Positions 35,889-46,515 of a stretch of 64,000 nucleotides of DNA are shown piece after piece (positions within the stretch are counted from its first letter, which is position 1; the number at the start of each line of letters is the position of its first letter). A program made the position numbers and the translations under genes. The notes under the pieces were generated by a model. That model searched no databases, was not told where the DNA came from, and was given only the letters and a program-made list of their open reading frames with translations. The stretch comes from Podarcis erhardii (Eukaryota). Location: assembly GCA_964252035.1 (NCBI GenBank), contig OZ176207.1, one strand, 5' to 3'.

Positions 35889-36931
35889 TCCACAGCATTC
35901 CAGAGAAACTGCAAGACCATGATAATTACCGACTGCCTGTGAGAAAATTAAACAAAAAAGGCCTAACTTTTTAAACCACCATTTTAAACGACCTATTACT
36001 TCTCAGGAATAAATCATTGATGAAATAGCCTCCTTACCAGGAAAATAGCTATTCCATACCAAAGAATTTCCCCTTGCATGATCATGAAGAGAATATTAAG
36101 TATTCCTCAGCTCAAAAGGTTAGGTTTTATGTCTGTCCAATGCCTTTTAATGACACATTTTTCTGCAATTTTACTGTAATCAAAGCCTTTTTTCCTATAT
36201 AGCTTGTAGGCTATAGCTACTTTGTTAGTCTTAAAATTTTTAGTGGCTATAGAATATAAAATCTATTCAAACATGTGCAAGGAAAAATTGCATTTGTAAA
36301 TTTAGAAACCTTTCATCATTAACCAAATCTCTACTTAACATTGCTTGCTTTCCTTTGATTAACACACTCATTTGGACTTCTTCTCTATATATATTTCAAA
36401 AGTGTTAATAGAAGCTCAGGGTACACACCATGTTAAAGATCCCAATCAATTTGGAAAATCTAAATCAGTTTGACCACTGTACCATTATTCCACAAAGAAT
36501 CTTTTATAGGCCTAGTACACACACACACAGAGTGAGAGAATGAGAATTGCAGAAAGAGATAAAATGAGTACCAAGATGGTAGAGTGAACCATACTATTTT
36601 GGGCTCCACAAGTCAAATGCTACCTGCAATTAAATAATAATAATAATAATAAGCAGGTCAGTGAGAAATGTTCCAACTCAACCTGTTATGGCAGTTTTAT
36701 CCCCCTCCCCCAGGACGTTTTTCATGTGACACATTGCCGGCAGTTTGGAATGGTATCCACCTCATTCTGCTCTGTGATCAGACTAAGCCATATTCTATTG
36801 CTTACAAGAGTTTTGTTTAAGCTAGTGGAGGCTAGTCCATTGGCCCCATCAGCCTCAGTCTGTACTCAGCCACACTTCCCCACCTTACTTACAATCAGAT
36901 CAGTGGGTGAAGGAGGACAAAATTATAATTA

Positions 36932-37473
36932 CTGTATTTTTCGCTCCATAAGGCGCACCGGACCATAAGGCGCACCTAGTTTTTAGAGGGGGAAATCTAG
37001 AAAAAAAATATTACTGCGTGCAGCCTGTCCGCTTCTCCCAGAGCTTCTGGGGCTGCCGGTGGAAGCCTGGGTCCCCCCCCCCGCCAGTCCCAAAGAGCAA
37101 AGAAGCCAAGACAGCGAGCGGGATCCATCCCGCTGGCTGTCTTGGCTTCTGCCATAGCCCCGCGCAACCACTCCAGCCGGGAGAGGCAATTTCCCCCACC
37201 TTCCGCAAAAGCCCACAGGAGCCGCGCACCCTTTAAGGAGTGCGTGGCTCCTGCGGGCTTTTCTACGAGGAGGGAGAAGGGACAGACTGGCCACGTCGGT
37301 CCCTTCTCCCTTCTGGGGAAAAGCCCCCAAGAGCCGCACGGAGCTTGTGTGCGGCTCTTGGGGGCTTTTCCTGCCTGCCTGCCTCCCTCCTGCATTCGCT
37401 CCATAAGACGCACACACATTTCCCCTTACTTTTTAGGAGGGAAAAAGTGTGTCTTATGGAGCGAAAAATACGG
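36932..37473. mobile_element. 542-bp Tc2-like (Tc1/mariner superfamily) MITE with TA TSD
   Basis: TIRs CTGTATTTTTCGCTCCATAAGGCGCAC / GTGTGTCTTATGGAGCGAAAAATACGG (24/27); TA at 36930-31 and 37474-75; CpG-rich. Confidence 0.9.
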
Positions 37474-37837
37474 TAGTTGTCACTGACTGCCATTGGCTCT
37501 GGCTCCATCTACTGCTGATCTCAATGGCTTCTGCCCTACCAGTCGCAATGGGCACTAGCTGCTGCTGATTCAAGCTGTTTTCTAACACCATTTGAGGGTT
37601 AAATTAACACACGGGAAAGAGGGAATGACACTGCAGATCTGATCCTGACCTCCCCCACTTTTTTTTTTTTTAAGATAGCTATGTTGATTATGATCACACA
37701 TTTAATGCGGCATGCAGTTTGGCCCTCAGGATGTATTTTAGTAAAAGCCAGATGTTAGTGTTATTATTCTTTTCCATACACAACTGACCATCATATATGG
37801 AACAATCAGAATTACTCCAACCAATGTGGCCTCAGAT

Positions 37838-37967
37838 CAGAGACAGGGAACCCATGGCCCTCCAGGTATTGTTGGACTACATCTCCCATCATCCCTGAAC
37901 ACTGACTTGGGCTGATGGGAGTTGGAGTCCCAATAACATCTGAAGGCCAAAAGCTTCCCATCCCGTG
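37838..37967. mobile_element. Short hAT-type MITE related to 11453-11588
   Basis: GGCCCTCCAG...GGACTACATCTCCCATCATCCCTGA...GATGGGAGTTGGAGTCCC...ACATCTGAAGGCC; TSD not recoverable. Confidence 0.7.
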
Positions 37968-38637
37968 CAAGAATTCTTTCTCTCAAAATATTTTTTGTTG
38001 TTTCCATGGATGGTAGCATTTCATTTCATGGATAATAGGAAGAGTAACTTTAAAAATGCATACTTTCTGCACTTGGAGACTGACCGGATTTAAAGGGTTT
38101 CTCTGTTGACAACAGAAGTAACTAGATGCTTTAATGAACAAAGAGTTTATGGGAGAGCCAAGCCACAGCTAAATTTAAAGAGGGGAAGAAAAAGAGCTTG
38201 GAAAACAATTCTGTGTTCAATCAAAAACCATGCAACCTCTACTCCACCCATAAATGGCTCAAAATAAGTCTTGTGACACATCTCTGTATGGGTAAAAGCC
38301 CCAACCACAGCCAATTAAATCTGTAAACTAAACCAAAGGTAAAATGAGTAGCTGATGACCAAGTCTGTGCAGGGCATGGATCTAAAATGAGTCCTTCAAA
38401 GACTTGCACACAGATGGATCCACTCCAAATCTAGCACCATTCTTACGTGCTGTTTGCAGAAATATGCGCACAACTTAATCACCTTGTCCCCTTGACCTAG
38501 GAGAAAGAGTTTGTGCTTGGTGATAGAGAATCTGGAATGGCAAAGAATGGTTAAATGGTAATGGAGCTGTGCTTTATGAGACAGATGTTATGGGAAATGA
38601 CTTCTAACAACATAGAACTGTGTGAAACAGAATCCTA

Positions 38638-38800
38638 GGCCACATCCAAACCATACATTTAAAGAACATCTAACACATTATAAGCACATGGCTTCCCCCA
38701 AAGAGTCCTGGGAAACTGCAGTTAGTTAAGAGCACTGGAAATTGCAGCTCTATGAGGGTGATACTACAGTTCCTAGAATTCTTGGGTGAAGCCATATGCT
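38638..38800. mobile_element. Harbinger-like palindromic MITE
   Basis: GGCCACATCCAAACCATACATTTAAAG start; internal inverted CATGGCTTCCCCCAAAGAGTCCTGGGAAACTGCAG / CTACAGTTCCTAGAATTCTTGGGTGAAGCCAT. Confidence 0.6.
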
Positions 38801-38910
38801 AAATTTACCACCACGTTGTGCTAAATTTTCAAGGGGGTGGGGAACCGTAAGCTGATATACACCCCCCTTGTCACATAAGTGGTAGTAGGGTGATAATGAA
38901 AATGGGTATA

Positions 38911-39152
38911 CAGTGGTACCTCAGGTTACATACGCTTCAGGTTACACACGCTTCAGGTTACAGACTCCGCTAACCCAGAAATAGTGCTTCAGGTTAAGAA
39001 CTTTGCTTCAGCATGAGAACAGAAATCGTGCTCCAGAGGCGCGGCGGCAGCAGGAGGCCCCATTAGCTAAAGTGGTGCTTCAGGTTAAGAACAGTTTCAG
39101 GTTAAGTACGGACCTCTGGAATGAATTAAGTACTTAACCTGAGGTACCACTG
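38911..39152. mobile_element. 242-bp pogo/Tigger-like MITE, intact
   Basis: TIRs CAGTGGTACCTCAGGTTA / TAACCTGAGGTACCACTG, flanked by TA on both sides. Confidence 0.93.
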
Positions 39153-39677
39153 TATTACAACACAAAAACTGCAATTATTTTCCAGCTTAATAGGGTTGCA
39201 AATGGATTTTTTCCCCTGGAAACAAGATGGAAATGAGTGCTAAAGTGCTAAAGTTCTGCTAAATTCCACTAGAATTCCAGAAGTGGCCTTTATGTCACGT
39301 GAAAGATCACATAACATGCAAAAATTAATAGGTAAGGAAAGATTCGGACAAGGGAGCAACATGCCCCCCCGGCAGACTGTTCACAAGTTACTCATATGCA
39401 TGGCATAGTTACTTAGAGTGGGGCTGTACTTTTAGCACTGCCCTAGTGTCACCTTTCTTCCACTAGCAACCACACATTGCCCACATTTGTCTAAAGAGAA
39501 ACTCCAGTGCACAAGATCTTGCTTGCGTGTCGGGATTCTGCACTGCACTGTTGAGAAAAAGACACTATCAGTAATGGAGCTTAAGGTGTGGCTACTATCC
39601 AAGTAACCACAGTAGCTTCCTACACATGGATGCCCTAGCTGCAACTAAACATGTATCTCCTGCATCACTCTCTACAA

Positions 39678-39911
39678 CAGGGGTTGGCAACCTGCGGCCT
39701 ATGGGCCACAAGCAGCCCATGGGGGCCATTTAAATGCCCCACAAGCCGCCCCCAAACCAGCACAGCGTGGAGCGGGGACTCACTTCCACGGCACAGGAAA
39801 TCGCGTCTGCGCCGACGCCGGAAATCACATCTGCGCAGATGCGATCCGGCCCACAGAGCAATCTCTGCGGGAGTGAACCAACCCAGGTGAGGTAAACCTT
39901 GCTGACCCCTG
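39678..39911. mobile_element. hAT (Charlie-type) MITE
   Basis: TIRs CAGGGGTTGGCAA / TTGCTGACCCCTG; TSD CTCTACAA / CTCTACAG (7/8), resembling the NTCTAGAN preference. Confidence 0.88.
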
Positions 39912-39949
39912 CTCTACAGCAACCTTCTAACAGCTTGACCTCACCCCCC

Positions 39950-39992
39950 AAGGTACACACCATTGTCTCCAGAGACAGATGGATGTCAACTA
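39950..39992 (+). mobile_element. RTE LINE extreme 3' tail remnant
   Basis: CCATTGTCTCCAGAGACAGATGGATGTCAAC versus CCATTGTCTCCCGGGACAAATGGATGCCAAC at 63868-63898. Confidence 0.6.
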
Positions 39993-40510
39993 CATCTCTA
40001 TCAAAAGTAAATCCTTCCTTCCTAAGCTTTTCATATAAGAAAAATGCCAGGGTAGAGAGGGTGTGGGAGGGAGAGCTCTTTGTGACTGACAGGCTTAGCT
40101 ACTAATCAGAAGGAATTATATTCCCAGAACCCTCCAATGATACTGCTTTGGAGGAGAGTTATGGAAGTAATGTATCACCTTATCTGCTCTGTACTATTTA
40201 CCAGTTCTGCTAGTGCTGCTTGCCTGGAAAATGCTGGACATTCAAGTCCTTTTGTCTCTGTCACTTGGCCACAATCCACTCCTAAGTCAGTTTCTGCAAC
40301 TTTTGTTGCCAACTGAGCAGAACGCACACCTGAAGCTGTTTTCCATTAATCATATCTCCCCAATCATAGCATGTTACATGCATCACTCTGGAATGTTACA
40401 TGATGCTTTCCTAGGGACACCCTACCATGTATTTAATTTCACAGTGCAAACCCGCCTGCATCTATCCTTCTGAAATTCTGAAGGTTTCCTCTAGGATGTT
40501 TGCTGTTTTC

Positions 40511-41041
40511 TTTTTTTTAAAATAATATTTATTAAAATTTTAAAAGTTACAAAAAGAAAAGAAAGAGAATAGCAGAACAATACAATACAATACAAAAACA
40601 AAAATACTACATATACATAACAAAAACAAAACAAAAACAATTAAGAAAACACATCTAATACTTTCAATGTTGTTAACTTTCATTTACTTGTTTCAGCGAC
40701 CTCCTCACACCTCCCTTTTTTGTATTCCACTTCGATTAATTGTTTCAGCAAATCCTTTCCATCTTCCTCAATTTTCTGTCCTATCATTTATCTTAACACA
40801 TTCTAACATTATTTTTTCCCTTAATCCATTTACAATCTATTGTACTTAATTCTTTATAGCATTTCTGCTAAAGCCATGTAACTTCATTCCAACATCTTTC
40901 CAACATTCCTTAATTTTACAATATTTCTGTAGATAATCTTTAAATTTCTTCCAATCTTCTTCCACCAACTCTTCTCCCTGGTCTCGGATTCTGCCAGTCA
41001 TTTCCACCAATTCCATGTAGTCTATCAACTTCAACTGCCAT
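40511..41041 (-). mobile_element. 5'-truncated L1-clade LINE with perfect 17-bp TSD
   Basis: ORF2 end WQLKLIDYMELVEMTGRIR...EEDWKKFKDYL; AATAAA plus A tail on the minus strand; GGATGTTTGCTGTTTTC at 40494-40510 and 41042-41058. Confidence 0.9.
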
Positions 41042-41110
41042 GGATGTTTGCTGTTTTCATATGGATTGCCCACAAAACAATAGGGGAGATCAAATGGATC
41101 ATTTTTAACT

Positions 41111-41829
41111 AAAAAAGGTAAATGTAAAGAACCCCTGGATGGTTAAGTCCAGTCAAAGGCCAGAGGCGGAGGAAGGGGGATGTGGTGGGGCTGGTCCGCC
41201 CTGGGTGTCACCACTGGGAGTGGGTGTGTGACAAAATGCTGGGTAACATTCACTGTGGGGCCTGCAGTGTGCCTGAGCCACGCATCTCTCCTGGGAGTGA
41301 TGTGATGGCTTGGGTGCCCGCAAGCTCTGCGCTGCCCCAAACGGTCCACCCGCTGCCTCTCTCCCGCCAGCTGTAGGGTGGCTGAGTGGGAGGAGGCAGG
41401 CAGACTCCTCGGAGGCCCCGTGGAGCATCCTGCCCCAGCTCGCCCTGCCCCCGTGGGCGGTTGCCCCCCCCACAGGTGGCTGGCCCCGCCCCTGGGCACA
41501 GAGCATGCGCACCACCCTAGGCGCCCGATCGGCTTGCTCCGCCACTGTCAAAGGCGACTATGGGGTGTGGAGCTCATCTCGCTTTTCAGGCTGAGGGAGC
41601 CGGGGTTTGTCCACAGACAGCTTTCTGGGTCATGTGGCCAGCATGACTAAACCGCTTCTGGAGCAACAGAACACCCTGATGGAAACCAGAGCGCTTGGAA
41701 ACACCATTTACCTTCCTGCCACAGTGGTACCTTTTTATCTACTTACACTGGTGTGCTTTTGAATGGCTAGGATGGCAGAAGCTGGGACAGAGCAATGGGA
41801 GCTCACCCCATTGTGTGGATTCGAACCAC
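41111..41829 (-). mobile_element. Sauria SINE (5'-truncated at the B box), interrupted by a hAT element
   Basis: Colinear with 6356-6717 once 41161-41555 is removed. Confidence 0.9.
41161..41547. mobile_element. 387-bp GC-rich hAT non-autonomous element with perfect 8-bp TSD
   Basis: TIRs CAGAGGCGGAGGAAG / CTTGCTCCGCCACTG (13/15); TCAAAGGC at 41153-41160 and 41548-41555. Confidence 0.92.
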
Positions 41830-41984
41830 GATTATTCTACCGAAATTTGGCTGTGTCCATCTTCTTTGAAGGGGCTACAGTGCTTGCAAACTTTATCTAA
41901 TTGCCCTTACAAAAAGATTTTCGTTTTGTTAATAATTTACTTTATTGTGTAAGCAGCCCTGGTGTTGGTATTGATGAAGGTTAG

Positions 41985-42176
41985 GATACAGAAAGGTTCT
42001 ACTAGCCATGATGGCTATTTCAAACTCCACTGTTGGGAGAAATCATGCCTCTGTGTACTATTTGCTGGGAATCACAAATGAGGTGTGTGCTGTTGCATTC
42101 CTATAGGCATCTGGTTGGCCACTGTAAGAACAGGATGCTGGACCAGACTGGTCTTTGGCCTGATCCAGCTCTTACG
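41985..42176 (+). mobile_element. CR1-type 3' end
   Basis: CTACTAGCCATGATGGCTAT...CATCTGGTTGGCCACTGTAAGAACAGGATGCTGGA...GGCCTGATCCAGCTCTT. Confidence 0.75.
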
Positions 42177-42538
42177 TAATTATTCCAATCAGCTGTTTGG
42201 TACAGAGCACCACCATCCATTTTGAACAGGTCTCTGTGCGTACACTGATGCAGCAGCTGGATTAGAGGAAACTTAACAACACATGTAGCACTTGGTTCCA
42301 TATTCATCTAAAGATGCATGTGACCCATGGCTTAACTGGGGCATGGACAGTTTTCATTTGTTGGCTTTCATATAATTTACATTTCTTTTTGCAAAGGTTG
42401 AAGATTGCACTCTCAACAGTTCACATGCACTGAGTAAGATTTCTTCACTGGGAGGATTTCCTGAGTGTCATTACCATTTCTGCCTTCTCAGCAATCACAG
42501 AGAATCACATCTATCATTTTCTTTGTTCCTAGTGAAAG

Positions 42539-42598
42539 AGTCTCTCTCTCTCTCTCTCTCTCTCTCCCTCTCCCTCTCCCTCTCCCTCTCCCTCACAC
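42539..42598. repeat. (TC)n / (TCTCCC)n / (CA)n compound microsatellite
   Basis: Direct reading. Confidence 0.95.
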
Positions 42599-42999
42599 AC
42601 AAACACAAAACAAAAAACCTGGAAATGTATGCTGTGACAGTATACAATAACATACAGATGCCTTCAAATTATCACAGGCTTTTCTTATTTTAAAATCCTA
42701 CACTATTGCCATTTATATTTTTGATGCAACTTCTTTGTACATGTCAGGTGGGACTGTGTGTGATAGAAAGTGTAATTGCTTTCTCTATTCTTCAGCTTCT
42801 GTTTCAAAGAGTCTTTTAAAAAGAGAATATGTGTTGCATATTGGTCCTTGACATCTTGTAATTTTAACCCAAAAGACCCTTTCAAGCAAGCTCCTTGCAT
42901 AGCGTTCATTATTGCCTTCATTTTCAATCAGATTTTTCGGGGGATTAACTAAATCTTTCTAAAGATACCTATCACTGTAGGTCTATGCATGTGTGCTTG

Positions 43000-43001
<2 letters not shown>

Positions 43002-43041
<40 letters not shown>
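43002..43041. repeat. (GT)20 microsatellite
   Basis: Direct reading. Confidence 0.95.
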
Positions 43042-43042
<1 letters not shown>

Positions 43043-44069
43043 TGGGGGAGAGAGCAAGCAAGATTCATCTTTAAAGGAACATAGTCCACTTGAAGATCAC
43101 ATTTCTGCTTGGAACGTATAAATCCAATATCACTAAAGACTTACTGACATTTTATGCTTACATTAAGTATTCAGGCAATAGTAACCACAGATCTGTATAG
43201 CGAACACTGCACCATAGTGATTAGATTTACCTGACGTCCTCCCACAACCTAAAGCAAGCAAACATTTAAAGAAGGTCGTGCAAAGTTATTGGGGAAGATC
43301 CTTTCTAACTATCATTTATAGGTGCTATCGTTTACTTTGTTGTTTTATCGGTAGCTCACTGTCAATCTTGGCTTGTTCACAACAGTTATTTTTGAATGCA
43401 CACCTTTAGGACCAAACTATGCATTGCAGGCTTGGAATGGGAAGCTCTCTTTTCTTAGTGAAAGCAATCACAGGGACTCACCCATCCTAATCTGTACTGG
43501 GGTTGCAGTCCGTGGGGAAGTGGCTTCTCCCTTTCTTCCATGCTGTTTTCCTGCTGAACATTTACCCAAAGTAGCACCCCCCCAATAAGTAGGCCTATTG
43601 TGTAACCTTCAATTGCAGTGCACATTACAATCCATGTCCATTACAATCCACAGCTATTTTTGTTACAGAAAGCAAAGGGCCCATTGCAAGCATGTGATTT
43701 GGCCCTTACTGGGATCTGCTGCCTCCTTTTATTTGCTCTCACTCTGGTTTGGAGAGGAGTGAAGGTTTTTATCCCTATGGTGTGTTTTGATGACATGTTC
43801 ATAGACCAAAAGGGTGTCACAGAGCCCCTAGCAAAGTCTGGTACTGTTATGGCATGTGAACGCAACGGGATCAGGACAAAACACATGGGTAGAGAGCTTT
43901 ATATGAGGTAAGGATATCAACTTCCTTCATCCTAGCAGTCTAATTACTAAAGTAAAGATTGTTCTTTTTTACACCCCATCCCCCCGCTGAATGTATTTTT
44001 AAAATTAAAAAACTTAACTTGAAGCAACATCAGTAAATTAAATAAGTAGGTGAATCTTGAACCTTTCCT

Positions 44070-44354
44070 CTTTTTTAAAAAAATAATATTTATTACTTTT
44101 AAACCTTACAAAAAAGAAGAAAAAGAAAGAGAAAAAAAGAAGAAACAAAAGAAAGAAAAACAATACAATACAATATATAAACAATACACAATGCAACATT
44201 AACACATTAGACTAAACAAAACAAAGCAAAAACAATTTAAAAAACATACATCATACCATTTCAATGCCTTATCTTTCGTTCCCTTGTTTCATCGACCTCC
44301 TCTCACCTCCCTTTTTGTATTCCACTTCTATTAATTGTTTCAGCAATTCCTTTC
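44070..44354 (-). mobile_element. L1 3' UTR-only insertion with perfect 19-bp TSD
   Basis: Homologous to 40511-40765; TGAATCTTGAACCTTTCCT at 44051-44069 and 44355-44373. Confidence 0.9.
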
Positions 44355-44449
44355 TGAATCTTGAACCTTTCCTACTCCAACTCCTACTGTTTTCCATCTC
44401 CACTCCTGTTAACTTCAGTCATATCTGCACTACATCTGCACACTCCCCA

Positions 44450-44550
44450 TGACATACGTGAAAAAAATCCTGGGATCTATAGTTGGCTTAGGGGTGCTGG
44501 GAATTGTAGCTCTGTGAGAGGTAAATTACAGTTCCCTAGATTCTTTATGT
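44450..44550. mobile_element. Harbinger-like palindromic MITE core
   Basis: AATCCTGGGATCTATAGTT...GGTGCTGGGAATTGTAGCTCTGTGAG...AATTACAGTTCCCTAGATT. Confidence 0.55.
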
Positions 44551-45925
44551 TCCTCTGTGTAGTAATAATAAACAGCTGAATTCTGGGAAGAAATCTAGTA
44601 CATGCTGCTATTCCCATATATCCAACAAGAGATGGATTCTGGATAATCTTATGGATCCACAAGCCACCTCAGAAGACTTTGTTGTGCAATCTCTGAAGCT
44701 TCCTTTCAAATTCAGGTCAGCTTATCATCGTGAGCACTGGCATATCTAATAATATGAAAGACACTTAGTAGTTGTATCTAGCAGCCAGGATATCAGTATG
44801 ATAGTCACTTGTTAAAGCACTGTCATTGGTGGTGGAAACAAAGTGGTAGAATCCTGGGTGTGAAAAAAAGCATTACTCCATGCTTTGTCTTTGAGTTTGG
44901 TTGCAGTTATTGCTGACGTTCCTCTTTGTAGGCCGAGTCCTGGTGTTACAGCTGTGTGGGCCCAGGAGAAACACCACTTACTGTTTCAACGGCGGCAGCA
45001 ACTGAAGCATTTGATTGGATCCTTAATCTAAGATAGGGGTTGGAATGGACTCCCACCCCCTTCTCCACGTTCAAATTTCAGGGTACCCTGGTAGGGGAAT
45101 CCAGGGGGAAGGTTTCTGCCTGAAGGCCCAGACAAGGGCTAACAGGCCATATAACTCCCCACATGGCGATCTGGCAGGATCACCCTGTTTGACTTGTGTC
45201 ATGGGGGATCCTTAATCCAGGAATGACCCTAAATAAGTACCGTAATCAGTCAGCAATCAGGTTGGTTGATCCTGGATACATACCAAATGCCTATGCCAAA
45301 GCTTACTGACAACTGTAATCAATGTTTCTATCCCAAGCTGTTGTCCTGTTCTTTTTGTTGCTTTGTGCCTCCTGATGTTGAGGCATCTAATCATAAGCCT
45401 GCATTTTTATCAAAGCTTATATTTTGATCAGGGCCTGTATCTTAAAAAGCTTAAAGATTTTCAAATGTTTATGCCAGGCAGAAGACCAGCTGCCTAAGAA
45501 CCTTGGCAATGTTTTTCCTCCTAGACAAGGGGGCCCCCTGATTTATAGCAGAAAACAATTCTCAAAGTCAAAAAGGGAATTACAGGCTGAGTCCGAGGAC
45601 ACTGACCTTGCATGTTACAGAATATAAAAAAGGCTGAGAAAACATAAATTAAGAGTTGATAAATAGTAAAACAAAACCATGTGCCTCCCATTAAACTTGA
45701 GCCATATTTTCCTAAGGTTGAAAGGTCAAGAGCAATGGAAAAGCATCAAGCTGGCAGAAAGGGAGAGAGTATTTTGGGAAATCTTTTTCTAAAGTTGTTT
45801 CTTTCTTAAACTGAGATCCTTTTAAGATTTCTTTTCTTCTAAAAGGTTATTTATGATAATGTATTAAATATATTGGCTTAAATGTAATTATGCAAAGGAT
45901 TTAAGAAATGATAGATTCTTATTTC

Positions 45926-46050
45926 ATATAGTTGGAAGAGATCACAGGGGCCATCAGCCCAGCCCCCCTGCCAAGCAGGAAACATCATTAGAGCACACAT
46001 ATGGTTGTCAGGCCTTTGTTTAGAGACCTCCAAAAGAAGGAGATCTTTCA
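45926..46050 (-). mobile_element. Degenerate CR1 3' end
   Basis: CATATAGTTGGAAGAGATCACAGGGGCCATCAGCCCAGCCCCCCTGC...TTTAGAGACCTCCAAAAGAAGGAGA. Confidence 0.55.
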
Positions 46051-46172
46051 ATGATGATGTGAACTCAAGATCCTTGAAGATAAAAAGTTAAGATTAACCA
46101 TCTGTTTTGGAAGGCAATAGGGCAAGGAGGGCAAGAGGTGAGCTGGTAATTAAGGTTCCTTGTTGAGACACA

Positions 46173-46515
46173 TGTAAGATATATTACTACTTATTTGTCA
46201 TTTATAGATAGAAGAATATATAGCTTTTTGTTTCCCAAAAAAGGCAAAGGAAATGGGTGTATCTTTTGTGATTGGTTCTAGCAAACAGCCAATAGGAATT
46301 TCAACCAGGCTGATTGGACAGAGGCAGCCACAGGAGGAGCAAGGGGGCTGGATTAAGGAAATATAAGTGCTGGCCAGAATGGCAGGAGGCCAGGCCAGAG
46401 CTTGGTAACCATATACCACTGTGCCTCATATTTATTTGTCCGACAAATAAATTATTATTTTAATTTCTCTATTGCTGCGTTGAATATTTCATTCCAGCTA
46501 AGCGTTAACCACAAG
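46173..46515 (+). mobile_element. LTR-like or promoter-like remnant
   Basis: ATTGG 46271, CCAAT 46289, ATTGG 46313, ATATAAG 46361, AATAAA 46446; no TSD found. Confidence 0.35.
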
